Source: an uncultured Iamiaceae bacterium (GTDB taxonomy: Bacteria > Actinomycetota > Acidimicrobiia > Acidimicrobiales > Acidimicrobilacustridaceae). From it: a DNA stretch of 64,000 bases. The DNA lies in NCBI GenBank assembly GCA_963767615.1, contig CAVYED010000009.1:77323-141322 (forward strand), in the 5' to 3' direction. The notes under the pieces were generated by a model. The model was not told where the DNA came from, did no database searches, and saw only the letters and a list, made by a program, of their open reading frames with translations. Below, one piece after another: positions 1-9,372 of the stretch. The position numbers were made by a program, and so were the translations under genes. Within the stretch, counting starts at the first letter, position 1. Every line of letters begins with the position of its first letter.

Positions 1-200
1 CTGGCGATGGCCAGGTAGCAGCTGAAGAGCCCGTGACCGCACCCCACCTCGAGCACCGGACCCGACAACGGCACCTCGAGCTCGAGGTCGGCGAACGGCG
101 CGCTCCACCACCGCAGGATCGTGTGGAGGCGATCCCCACGGGGGGCACCGTCGTAGAGCGACAGCGCCCGACGGGCCGCGGGGGATCGCGGCCCCTTCAC
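1..200 (-). CDS. Class I SAM-dependent methyltransferase (3' end beyond window)
   Basis: GTG at 200 overlaps the upstream stop (GTGA); translation ...PVLEVGCGHGLFSCYLA contains SAM motif I; not in the ORF track. Confidence 0.8.
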   Translation of the reverse strand, partial: MKGPRSPAARRALSLYDGAPRGDRLHTILRWWSAPFADLELEVPLSGPVLEVGCGHGLFSCYLAIA

Positions 201-481
201 GCGGTCCGCCCCTCGTTCGCCTTCGCGGCGGCGAGGTCGCCGAACGTGCCCAGCCGGAACCCGAGGTCGTCGACGGCGGCACGGACGGTGGCGGAACGCA
301 ACGCGGTGTACTCGTCGTCCCACTGGTAGCCCCAGCGATAGCGGGCCCGGTCGGGATCGTCGGGGCGACCAGGATGCACGGCCAGCTCCGACGACGGCGC
401 GCCACTCGACGCGAGACGACCCAACGCCGTGACCATCGCCGGGAGGTCGAGGTGACCCGCTGCGACCGGTGCCTGGCTCAT
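197..481 (-). pseudogene. ChbG/HpnK (YdjC) family deacetylase, C-terminal remnant
   Basis: ELAVHPG...RYRWGYQWDDEYTAL resembles the YdjC C-terminus; only 94 aa; N-terminal ADD(F/Y)G catalytic motif absent. Confidence 0.55.
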
Positions 482-547
482 GGCGTGACGGTAGTCCCCA
501 CCGACCTGGCCCCCGGGGCGCCGATCGAGCACCACTAGGCTCGTCGT

Positions 548-620
548 GCCCCTGTAGCCAAGCGGTCAAGGCAGCGGACTTTTAATCCGAAGATCGTGGG
601 TTCGAACCCCACCAGGGGCA
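548..620 (+). tRNA. tRNA-Lys(TTT)
   Basis: GCCCCTG/CAGGGGC acceptor stem, anticodon loop CTTTTAA, GGTTCGAA T-loop. Confidence 0.93.
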
Positions 621-664
621 CCCACCCCGATCCGACCCCGATCGCCCCCGACGTGTCGTGAGCC

Positions 665-1027
665 ATGTTGTTGCACAAACAGTTCCGGTTCGAGGCGGCC
701 CACCGCCTGCCCAACGTGCCCGCCGACCACAAGTGCGCGCGGCTCCACGGCCACTCCTTCGCGGTGACGGTGTGGGTGTCGGGGGAGGTCGGAGTCCAGA
801 CCGGATGGGTCCTCGACTTCGCCGAGATCGGTGACGCATTCGCCCCGGTACACGACCAACTCGACCATCGCTACCTCAACGAGGTCGAAGGCCTGGAGAA
901 CCCGACCAGCGAAGTGCTGGCCGTGTGGATCTGGGACCGGTTGGCGACGTCGTTGCCCGGTCTGGCCCGGATCGACGTTCACGAGACCTGCACGTCGGGA
1001 TGCCGCTACGACGGCCCCGGGCGCTGA
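665..1027 (+). CDS. queD: 6-carboxytetrahydropterin synthase QueD
   Basis: FEAAHRL, CARLHGH, LDHRYLN, ENPTSE and ET motifs. Confidence 0.9.
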   Translation: MLLHKQFRFEAAHRLPNVPADHKCARLHGHSFAVTVWVSGEVGVQTGWVLDFAEIGDAFAPVHDQLDHRYLNEVEGLENPTSEVLAVWIWDRLATSLPGLARIDVHETCTSGCRYDGPGR

Positions 1028-1044
1028 CCGCCGCGCCACGGTCG

Positions 1045-1632
1045 GTGGGCGGGCGGACGGGTTCGAGCGCCCTCGTCGCGGTGGCCGCGGCGGTCGCTGC
1101 GCTCTGCGCGGCCTGCGGCTCTGCGCCCGAGGGGAGGCTGACCGACGCCGGACGGCTGCCCGATGGCGCTCCCCTCACCATCCCCGTCGACGCCGGCTAC
1201 AACACCGTCGACGTCACCCAGGCGTTGCGGCTGGTCGAACGCCACGAACGTCGGCGGCCGCTCGCGGAGCTGATGGTGCGGGAGGGGACCGACCCGGAGA
1301 CCCGTGAGGTCGCCCGCCGGGTGCTGGCCGACGCCGACGCCGCCGACGGGGTCGCCCTCGAGCTCCTGGAGCGATGGGGTCAGCCACAGCGCACCGAGCT
1401 CGGCGAGAACCGTGACCTGGAGACAGGCCTCCGACGTCTCGGGGTCACGGCACCGGACGCGTTCGACGCCACGGCGCTGACGTTGCTCCTCCCCGAGCTC
1501 CAGGCCGACGTCGTCGACGGGGCGATCGCTCGAAACGACGGCCGCGACGACGACGCCCGCCGCCTCGGCAACGACACGGTGGAACGCGCCCAGCTCCGGA
1601 TCCTTCGGGTCAGAGAGCTCCTCGACCGGTAG
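1045..1632 (+). CDS. DUF305-like (ferritin-fold) lipoprotein
   Basis: Signal peptide ending in a CAAC lipobox; helical body resembling DUF305; start codon uncertain. Confidence 0.5.
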   Translation: MGGRTGSSALVAVAAAVAALCAACGSAPEGRLTDAGRLPDGAPLTIPVDAGYNTVDVTQALRLVERHERRRPLAELMVREGTDPETREVARRVLADADAADGVALELLERWGQPQRTELGENRDLETGLRRLGVTAPDAFDATALTLLLPELQADVVDGAIARNDGRDDDARRLGNDTVERAQLRILRVRELLDR

Positions 1633-1663
1633 GACCGGGACCAGCACATCCCGGACAGCTGGC

Positions 1664-2389
1664 TCAGGCGGCGGCCTGACCGGAGCGGGCAGCCTCCACG
1701 AGGGCCTCCCACTGTTCGGTGGTGATCTCCCCGCTCGCCCGTTGGACCACCTTGCCGTCAGCACCCACGACGATGAAGCCGGGGAAGCCGGTGACTCCGA
1801 GTGCCTGCGCGGCGGAGTTCGCTTCGTCGTCGACCAGGGTCGGGACACTCCACTCCTCGCTCCGGAGCCAATCGCCGGCCGGGTAGTTGACCCTCGTCGC
1901 ATCGTTCGATGTGGCCACCGCCACGATCTCCACGTCCGAGGGCATGCCGTTGTCGTCCAGCCACTGCTGGATGCGAGGGACCTCGGCCTGGCAGTGCGGG
2001 CACCAGTGCGCGACCGCGAGGATCACCTGGGGCTTCCCGTCGGGACTGATCACGATGGCCGAGCCGTCGAACTGCTCGCCGGTCACGGTCGGGATGGTCG
2101 TGCCGACCGCGGCGTCGCTCCCGGAACCACCCGGGGGCAGTGCCGCACCGTCCGTCTCGACGCTGCCCGCGCTGAGATCTCCGCTCGGCACGACCGTGCC
2201 ACCGCTGGGCGACGCCTGTCCGCCGGTCGACGAACTGCTCGAGCGGGAGACACCGATGGCGACGATGCCGGCCACGAGGACGACGGCGGCGAGGGCGATC
2301 CACAGCACGAGGCTGCGGCCCTGACCGGCCTGGGAGGCCTTCTGAACCCTCGACGAGTGCGAGGCGGTCCGGGTGGGCTTGTTACTCAT
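1664..2389 (-). CDS. Membrane-anchored TlpA/thioredoxin-like thiol-disulfide oxidoreductase
   Basis: N-terminal TM helix, WCPHC active site, cis-Pro motif GFP. Confidence 0.88.
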   Translation of the reverse strand: MSNKPTRTASHSSRVQKASQAGQGRSLVLWIALAAVVLVAGIVAIGVSRSSSSSTGGQASPSGGTVVPSGDLSAGSVETDGAALPPGGSGSDAAVGTTIPTVTGEQFDGSAIVISPDGKPQVILAVAHWCPHCQAEVPRIQQWLDDNGMPSDVEIVAVATSNDATRVNYPAGDWLRSEEWSVPTLVDDEANSAAQALGVTGFPGFIVVGADGKVVQRASGEITTEQWEALVEAARSGQAAA

Positions 2390-2958
2390 GGTTCTCCTCC
2401 GGGAGGTGGGCCGAGCGGGGGGTGGGCCGGGCCACGGCGAGCAGCACGATCATGAACGCACAGGCCGAAAGGGCCATGAAAGGCAGCGAGACGAAGCCGA
2501 ACTCCCACACGTACCGGGCGGTGCAGGGCGTGTCGGCGGTGCAGAAGGCCGATCCGGAGTCGGGCGGGTAGGCCTGGATCCAGTGGTTGTACCCCGCGAT
2601 GACCGCGCCGATGGCCAGCACCGGAACGGCGTAGATGCGGATGGAGGCGTCGCGTCGCCATGCGGCGATGGCCAGGATCACGCTGAAGGGGTAGATGGCG
2701 ATGCGCTGGTACCAGCACAGCTCGCACGGCGGATAGCCCTGGACCTTGGAGTAGTAGAGCGAACCCACCGTCGTGACCGCCGCGATCAACCAGGCCAACG
2801 GGAGGGCGGCCCGACCGATGTCGTCCCATGTCGACGCCAAGGTCCCGTTCAGTCCCCCCCGGGACGCGACGACGGCGAGGACGACCACGATCGCCGCGCC
2901 GGCCCAGCAGGCCGAGCGCGAGGACCGCGACGAAGGTGGAGACCGTGTCGACCGTCAT
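2382..2958 (-). CDS. DsbB/BdbC-family disulfide bond formation protein (one frameshift near 2900)
   Basis: PCELCWYQR motif plus a second Cys pair; N-terminus MTVDTVSTF lies in another frame. Confidence 0.85.
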
Positions 2959-3007
2959 GACGTCCTCATCCTGGCAGCCGGGTCCCCACACCCACACTTC
3001 TGCGATG

Positions 3008-3021
3008 GGGACCTAAGTCCC
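3008..3021. promoter_or_regulatory. DosR/DevR-type binding site
   Basis: GGGAC-CTAA-GTCCC matches the Dos-box core GGGAC-N4-GTCCC. Confidence 0.75.
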
Positions 3022-3110
3022 TTTCCGTCGACCGGTCCGCCCCTCGCGTCCCGCGGCCTGGACGCCGGCCTCTCGGACCGGCCCGCCCGAACCGCCGCCG
3101 AGCACCGGTC

Positions 3111-3536
3111 TCAGGTGGGAGGGAGCGCAGTGATGCGCCGCCCGCTCACCCGTTCCGGGTGCACGGCCACGAAGTGGGGCTTGTCGTGCTCCGACCACGG
3201 GTCGAGGTCGAGGGCCGCGGCTCGGGCCAGCTCGTCGGGGGTCTCGACGATCCGGGCCCAGCCGGTCACCACGACGCTCCACGCCGCCCTGGTCTCGGTG
3301 TCGGTCCAGTCGATCTCGAACGACACCGGCGCCCCGCGGACCGTGGCATCGAACTTGGTGCCGGGCGCCGTGCGGAACACGATGTGCTCGCCGTCCATGG
3401 CGTAGTTCACGGGGAAGATGACCGGATGGCCGGCATCGACGACGGCGATGCGCCCGACGTCGGTCGAGGCGAGCAACTCGAAGCATTCGGACCGATCCAT
3501 GACCTCGATACCTGTTCGGCTGTCGATCAGACGCAT
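3111..3536 (-). CDS. Pyridoxamine 5'-phosphate oxidase-like protein (Rv0080-like)
   Basis: ECFELL..VGRIA..PVIFPVNY..IVFRT..GTK..WSVVVTG..VSGRRI. Confidence 0.9.
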   Translation of the reverse strand: MRLIDSRTGIEVMDRSECFELLASTDVGRIAVVDAGHPVIFPVNYAMDGEHIVFRTAPGTKFDATVRGAPVSFEIDWTDTETRAAWSVVVTGWARIVETPDELARAAALDLDPWSEHDKPHFVAVHPERVSGRRITALPPT

Positions 3537-3611
3537 CTCGGACCTCCGGGCTCCGAGGCGGGCGGACCCCGCCTCACCGTCATGTTGCCCCGCGAACGCG
3601 CCCGTGGCCAA

Positions 3612-3625
3612 GGGACCGAGGACCC
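3612..3625. promoter_or_regulatory. DosR-type binding site (PNPOx-like gene promoter)
   Basis: GGGAC-CGAG-GACCC. Confidence 0.6.
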
Positions 3626-3650
3626 GGATGCGTCCACCGCCGGCGGACTC

Positions 3651-3664
3651 GGGACCTTCCGCCC
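3651..3664. promoter_or_regulatory. DosR-type binding site (HPF-like gene promoter)
   Basis: GGGAC-CTTC-CGCCC. Confidence 0.55.
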
Positions 3665-3755
3665 TTCCCCGGTCGGCGGTCCGGGCCCAAGCTGTCGTTG
3701 ATGGCCGGTGAACCCAGCCCGACGGGCGGGCGTGTGGTCGTCGGGAAGGGTCGAA

Positions 3756-4532
3756 ATGGACGTTCGTGAGTTCGAGGTCGCAGTCACCACCCGGGGGGAC
3801 GTGCCGGAGGACGCCACCGAGTACGCCGTGGAGAAGATCGCACAGCTGAGCCGTTACACCGGCAAGCCTGTGCTGTTCGCACAGGTCAAGCTGATCCAGG
3901 AAGCCAACCCGGCGCAGGCCCGTCCCGCCGTGGCGGAGGCGTCGCTCGACCTCAACGGTCGGATCGTGCGAGCTCACGTGGCCGCGGGTGACCTGATCGA
4001 GGCCGCGGATCTGCTCGAGGCCCGTCTGCGCCGGAACCTGGTACGAGAGGCCGAACGGCACGGTCACGGGCACGAGCGTCCGACGGTGGACGACGAATGG
4101 CTCCACGGCACGCACCCGGCCCATCGACCCGAGATCACCGATCGCGACGTCGAGGACCGCGAGGTCGTGCGCCACAAGACGTTCGCGCTCTCCCCCATGA
4201 CCGTCGACGAGGCCGGACTCGACCTGGAGCTCCTCGGTCACGACTTCTACCTGTTCACCGAGACCCACACCGGACTCGACGCCGTTCTGCACGTCACCGA
4301 ACACGGCGGGCTGGAACTGCAGCTCGCGCTCGACGGAGCACCCCGTCCACCGGACTGCGACGAAGGGATCGCCGTCGGCCCGGCCGCGGTGAGGTCGACC
4401 CTCGCCGAAGCCGAGGAACGCCTCGACGTGGGCCACGAGGGCCGGGTGTTCTTCGTCGACGCGACCACCTCACGGGGCCACGTCGTCTACCGCCGCTACG
4501 ACGGGCACTACGGGCTGATCACCCCCGCCTGA
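3756..4532 (+). CDS. HPF/RaiA-family ribosome hibernation protein (Rv0079/DATIN-like)
   Basis: S30AE N-terminal domain plus two C-terminal domains (VVRHKTF..MTVDEA..GHDFYLF; VVYRRYDGHYGLI). Confidence 0.88.
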   Translation: MDVREFEVAVTTRGDVPEDATEYAVEKIAQLSRYTGKPVLFAQVKLIQEANPAQARPAVAEASLDLNGRIVRAHVAAGDLIEAADLLEARLRRNLVREAERHGHGHERPTVDDEWLHGTHPAHRPEITDRDVEDREVVRHKTFALSPMTVDEAGLDLELLGHDFYLFTETHTGLDAVLHVTEHGGLELQLALDGAPRPPDCDEGIAVGPAAVRSTLAEAEERLDVGHEGRVFFVDATTSRGHVVYRRYDGHYGLITPA

Positions 4533-4587
4533 TCCGTCTCGGACCCTGTCCCCCGAGAGGCAGCAGCGGGTGCGGTAGACAACAAGG

Positions 4588-6984
4588 GTGACCGCAACCG
4601 TCGGCGATCCCGCCGACCTCCGGGGACTGACCGCGGCCGAGGTCGGGCAACGCCGGGCCGACGGTCGAACGAACGACGTCGAGGACCCCACGAGCCGCTC
4701 GATCGGCGACATCGTCAGGGCCAACGTCTTCACACCGTTCAACTTCCTCCTGGGAAGCCTCCTCGTGGTCATCCTCGCCGTCCAGGAGTACCGCGATGCG
4801 CTGTTCGGCATCGTCCTGGTGCTCAATGCGGTCATCGGGATCGTGCAGGAGGTCAGAGCGAAACGCTCGCTCGACCGCCTGGCCCTCCTCAACGCACCGC
4901 ACGCCCAGGTGCGCCGGGACGGCGCGGTCGTCGAGATCATGTCGAAGGACCTCGTCGAGGACGACGTCGTCGAACTCCGCCTCGGTGACCAGATCGCCGT
5001 CGACGGACTCGTGCTCGACGGGAACGGACTCGAGATCGACGAGTCGCTGCTGACCGGCGAGGCTGATCCCGTGGCCAAGGCCGCCGGGGACGAGGTGATG
5101 TCGGGCAGCTTCGTCGTGGCGGGGAACGGAGCGATCCGGGCCACCGGAGTCGGGGCGGAAGCGTACGCCTTCAAGCTGGCCAGCGAGGCGCGCCGATTCT
5201 CGCTCGTCAAGAGCGAGCTCCGCGCCGGGATCAACCAGGTCATCAAGATGGTGAGCTGGTTGATGATCCCCACCGCCATCTTGCTGGTCTCCGCGCAGCT
5301 GGCCGCCGACGTGGGGTTCGTCGAGGCCATCCAGGGCTCGGTGGCGGGCCTCGTGGCCATGGTGCCGGAAGGACTGGTGCTGTTGACCAGCATCGCCTTC
5401 GCCGTGGGAGCCACCCGGCTGGCCCGCAAGAAGGTGCTCACCCAGGAGCTCGCAGCCATCGAGGGCCTGGCCCGCGTCGACGTGATCTGCCTGGACAAGA
5501 CCGGCACGCTCACCGAGGGCACGCTCGCCCTGGCGACCATCGAGCACCTCGGCCACTACGACGACACCACGATCGATGTCGGCGCGATCCTCGCCGCCCT
5601 GGGCGCGACCGATGACCATCCCAATCCCAGCCTCGCCGCCATCGTCGCCCGCCATTCCGATCCCCCGGGCTGGACCGTCGCCGACGTGGTCCCGTTCTCC
5701 TCGGCCCGGAAGTGGAGCGCGGCGTCCTTCGCGGATCACGGGGCATGGCTCCTGGGGGCGCCCGACATCCTTCTCACCCGGGCCCCCGACGACGACGCCA
5801 CCACCTCGGCCCGCGGCCGCCTCGACCACTACGCCCGCCGGGGCCGCCGCGTCCTCATGCTGGCCTGCGCACCGCACGGTCTCACCGGCGAGGACCTGCC
5901 GGCCGAGATCGACCCGGTCGCCCTGATCGTGCTCGACGAGAAGGTCCGCGACACGGCGCCCGACACCATCGCCTACTTCGCCGACCAGGACGTGACGGTC
6001 AAGATCATCTCCGGTGACAGCCCGGTCACGGTCGGCGCGGTCGCCGAACGGGTCGGGGTCCCCGGCGCCGACCACCCGGTCGACGCCCGCACGCTGCCGG
6101 AGGACCCCGACGAGCTCGCGGAGGTGATGGAACACAACGCCGTGTTCGGCCGGGTCACCCCGCAGCAGAAGCGGGCGATGGTCCACGCCCTCCAGCACGG
6201 GGGCCACACCGTGGCCATGACGGGCGACGGCGTGAACGACACCCTCGCCCTCAAGGATGCCGACATCGGAGTCGCCATGGGCGCCGGCTCACCGGCAGCG
6301 CGCGCGGTGGCCCGTTTCGTGTTGCTCGACGACGACTTCGCGGTGTTCCCCTCGGTGGTGGCCGAGGGTCGCCGCGTCATCGCCAACGTCGAGCGCGTCG
6401 CCAACCTCTTCCTGACGAAGACCTTCTATGCGATGGCCCTGGCACTGGCCGTCGGTGTCGGGCGCCTCCCGTTCCCGTTCCTGCCCCGCCACTTCACCAT
6501 CATCTCCGCCCTCACCATCGGCATCCCGGGCTTCTTCCTCGCCCTCGCCCCCAACGCCCGCCTCGCCCGACCCGGCTTCCTGCGCCGTGTGCTCCGCTTC
6601 GCCATACCCGCCGGCCTGGTCGCCGCAACGGCCACCTTCATCGCCTACCTCATCGCCCGCGAGGGTTCCGACGCCGACCTCGCGGAAGCCCGCACGGTGG
6701 CGGTCATCGTGCTGTTCGTCGTCGCCCTCTGGGTGCTCGCCTTCCTCAGTCGACCCCTCACGAGCTGGCGGGGTGGCCTCGTGGTCGCCATGGCCCTGCT
6801 GTTCATCGGCGCGCTGAGCATCCCGTGGTTCCGCGACTACTTCGACCTCGTCCTCCCCGACCCCGAGGGCATCGCCGCCGCAGTGGGCGTGGGGGCGGTG
6901 GCCGGCGGGATCCTGCAGCTGGGTTGGCACGTCAGCGGCTGGGCGCCGCCACCGGCCGACGACCACACGACGGTCGTCGACTGA
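4588..6984 (+). CDS. P-type cation-transporting ATPase (CtpE-like)
   Basis: LTGEA, PEGL, DKTGTLT and TGDGVND motifs. Confidence 0.92.
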   Translation: MTATVGDPADLRGLTAAEVGQRRADGRTNDVEDPTSRSIGDIVRANVFTPFNFLLGSLLVVILAVQEYRDALFGIVLVLNAVIGIVQEVRAKRSLDRLALLNAPHAQVRRDGAVVEIMSKDLVEDDVVELRLGDQIAVDGLVLDGNGLEIDESLLTGEADPVAKAAGDEVMSGSFVVAGNGAIRATGVGAEAYAFKLASEARRFSLVKSELRAGINQVIKMVSWLMIPTAILLVSAQLAADVGFVEAIQGSVAGLVAMVPEGLVLLTSIAFAVGATRLARKKVLTQELAAIEGLARVDVICLDKTGTLTEGTLALATIEHLGHYDDTTIDVGAILAALGATDDHPNPSLAAIVARHSDPPGWTVADVVPFSSARKWSAASFADHGAWLLGAPDILLTRAPDDDATTSARGRLDHYARRGRRVLMLACAPHGLTGEDLPAEIDPVALIVLDEKVRDTAPDTIAYFADQDVTVKIISGDSPVTVGAVAERVGVPGADHPVDARTLPEDPDELAEVMEHNAVFGRVTPQQKRAMVHALQHGGHTVAMTGDGVNDTLALKDADIGVAMGAGSPAARAVARFVLLDDDFAVFPSVVAEGRRVIANVERVANLFLTKTFYAMALALAVGVGRLPFPFLPRHFTIISALTIGIPGFFLALAPNARLARPGFLRRVLRFAIPAGLVAATATFIAYLIAREGSDADLAEARTVAVIVLFVVALWVLAFLSRPLTSWRGGLVVAMALLFIGALSIPWFRDYFDLVLPDPEGIAAAVGVGAVAGGILQLGWHVSGWAPPPADDHTTVVD

Positions 6985-6996
6985 TCCTGGGCGCGA

Positions 6997-7650
6997 CTAC
7001 TCGGTGCTGCGTCGGTGGCGTTCGCTGAGACGGGCGGCGTAGACGGCCGCTTCGGTGCGCCGCTGCATCCCCATCTTGGCCAGCAGGTTCGACACGTAGT
7101 TCTTGACCGTCTTCTCGGCCAGGTACATCCGCTCGGCGATCTCCCGATTGGTGAGACCCTCGGCCAGGAGGTCCAGGATGCGCCGCTCCTGATCGGTCAA
7201 CGACTCGAGTCGGGCATCGCCCATCGTGCCGCCTCGCAGCCGTTCGAGCACCTGTGCCGTCACCCCGGGGTCGAGCAGGGACTGCCCCGATGCCACGGTG
7301 CGGACGGCGTCGACCAACTCGGTGCCGCGGATCTGCTTCAGGACGTACCCCGACGCGCCCGCCATGATCGCGTCGAACAGCGCCTCGTCGTCGGCGTAGG
7401 AGGTGAGCATCAGACAACGGATCTGGGGTTGACCGCTGCGGATCTCACGGCACACCTCGACACCGTCGCCGTCGGGGAGCCGCACGTCGAGCACCGCGAC
7501 GTCGGGGGCGAGCGCCGGAACCCGCCGGAGAGCCTCCTCCGCAGTCGCAGCTTCACCCACCACCTCGAGATCGCCGTCCGCTTCGAGCAGCTCGCGCAGA
7601 CCACGGCGGACGATCTCGTGATCGTCGAGGAGGAATACGCGGGTCGTCAC
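6997..7650 (-). CDS. devR: NarL/LuxR response regulator, DosR/DevR-like
   Basis: [49 protein letters not shown]. Confidence 0.85.
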   Translation of the reverse strand: MTTRVFLLDDHEIVRRGLRELLEADGDLEVVGEAATAEEALRRVPALAPDVAVLDVRLPDGDGVEVCREIRSGQPQIRCLMLTSYADDEALFDAIMAGASGYVLKQIRGTELVDAVRTVASGQSLLDPGVTAQVLERLRGGTMGDARLESLTDQERRILDLLAEGLTNREIAERMYLAEKTVKNYVSNLLAKMGMQRRTEAAVYAARLSERHRRSTE

Positions 7651-7743
7651 CCGGTCAGTCTGCCCGTTCCGGAGAGGAGGAACGGCCATCGCAACGGATG
7701 CGGACGCCGATCCGGTGCGCCGCCCGCCGTTACCATCGCCGCC

Positions 7744-8874
7744 GTGGCCAACCAGACCGTCGCCGTGAAGGAGCTGCGCCAACTCCTCGACGCCATCGTG
7801 ACGGTCAACTCCGAATCCAACCTGCCGGGTCTGCTGCGGCGGATCCTCGAGAGCGCGACGAGCCTCGTCAACGCCCGCTACGGCGCCCTCGGCGTCCTCG
7901 ACCCCACCGGCTCGAACCTGAGCGAGTTCCTCACCACCGGCATGGACGACACCACGGTGGCCCGGATCGGCGGGGCTCCGGAGGGACTCGGCATCCTCGG
8001 GATGCTGGTCGCAGACCCCCGTCCCATCAGGCTGGCCGACCTCTCGACCCACCCCCACCGTGCGGGGTTCCCGCCACACCATCCACCGATGACCACCTTC
8101 CTCGGGGTGCCGATCCGCGTGCGCGGCGAGGTCTTCGGCAACCTCTACCTGACCGAGAAGGCCGGGGGCGCGCCGTTCGACGAGATCGACGAGGAACTGG
8201 CCGTCGGCCTCGCGACCACCGCTGGCGTGGCGATCGAGAACGCCCGCCTCCACGGTCGGGTCGGTGAGCTGCGGGTCGTCGAGGACCGCGAACGCATCGC
8301 CCGCGACCTCCACGACACGGTCATCCAGAGGCTCTTCGCGACGGGGCTCAGCCTGCAGGGCGCCGCGGCGAGGACGACCGACGCCGAACTGGCCCCGCGC
8401 CTCGAACAGGCCGTCGCGGATCTCGACGACACCGTCCGCCACATCCGAACGACGATCTTCGAACTGCAACGCCGACAGCTCCCCGGGGCCAGCCTGCGCC
8501 AGGAGCTCCTCGACGTCATCGACGAGGTCGCCGAACCCGCTCAGCTCCCTCGACAGGTGAGCTTCGAAGGACCGATCGACCTGACCGTGCCAAGGAGCAT
8601 GGGTGACGACATCGCCGCGGTGGTGCGCGAAGCCGTCAGCAACGTCGTGCGCCACGCCGGGGCGCAGCACGTGACGGTGCGGGTGGCCGTGACCGGCACG
8701 AGCCTCCAGATCGACGTCGACGACGACGGCTGCGGGCCGACGACAGGCGGGGACGCGGGCCTGGGCCTCGAGAACCTGCGGGCGCGGGCCGAGCGCCGTG
8801 GCGGCACCGCCCGGCTCGAGGCTGGGAACGGGGGCGGGGCCTCGTTCACATGGCTCGTCCCGCTTCCCGACTGA
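7744..8874 (+). CDS. GAF sensor histidine kinase, DosS/DosT-like
   Basis: [17 protein letters not shown] heme-GAF motif; [19 protein letters not shown] HisKA_3; HATPase domain. Confidence 0.9.
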   Translation: MANQTVAVKELRQLLDAIVTVNSESNLPGLLRRILESATSLVNARYGALGVLDPTGSNLSEFLTTGMDDTTVARIGGAPEGLGILGMLVADPRPIRLADLSTHPHRAGFPPHHPPMTTFLGVPIRVRGEVFGNLYLTEKAGGAPFDEIDEELAVGLATTAGVAIENARLHGRVGELRVVEDRERIARDLHDTVIQRLFATGLSLQGAAARTTDAELAPRLEQAVADLDDTVRHIRTTIFELQRRQLPGASLRQELLDVIDEVAEPAQLPRQVSFEGPIDLTVPRSMGDDIAAVVREAVSNVVRHAGAQHVTVRVAVTGTSLQIDVDDDGCGPTTGGDAGLGLENLRARAERRGGTARLEAGNGGGASFTWLVPLPD

Positions 8875-8881
8875 CGTTGCG

Positions 8882-9285
8882 TCACGGGACCCTCCGACCG
8901 CAGACGAGATCGGTGCGGATCGCCGCGAACTGATCTTCGGAGGCTGCACCCCAGATGCGGCGCGCGGGCGGCGGGCCACCGGGAGCGACGAGGGGTCGGG
9001 GACGACCCGAACCGCCCCCTGCACCAGAACGCTCCAGCCGAGACCGGTCTCCTGACTGTGACCGTCGGCCTGGAACGCGACCACGGTGTCGTCGAGTGCG
9101 GACGCGATCCGTCGACCGCCCATCGCACAGATCACCAGGTCACGGTCGTGGACGGAGAAGGTCACGGGCAACACGACCGGGAGGGCGTCGATGCACAACG
9201 CCACCCGACCGATCGACGCGCTGCCGAGCAGATCGAGACAGGCAGACCGACCGAGCACCTCGAGACCGTTGCCGTCCAGTTCCAT
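8882..9285 (-). CDS. Second PNPOx-like protein (frameshift near 8965)
   Basis: [27 protein letters not shown]; C-terminus ..[12 protein letters not shown] lies in another frame. Confidence 0.8.
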
Positions 9286-9320
9286 GGGGTCATGGTGACG
9301 AGCGGCGGGCGCCGTCGGCA

Positions 9321-9334
9321 GGGCCGAACGACCC
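9321..9334. promoter_or_regulatory. DosR-type binding site
   Basis: GGGCC-GAAC-GACCC, centred about 42 nt upstream of the PNPOx-like start. Confidence 0.55.
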
Positions 9335-9372
9335 GGGCCACCTGCGGCCCACGGACCGTGCGAGAGTGACCC

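Noticed and set aside
4538-4558. GGAC-N3-GTCC before the P-type ATPase as a Dos box
   Set aside because: Spacer is one base short; better explained as a hairpin after the HPF-like gene
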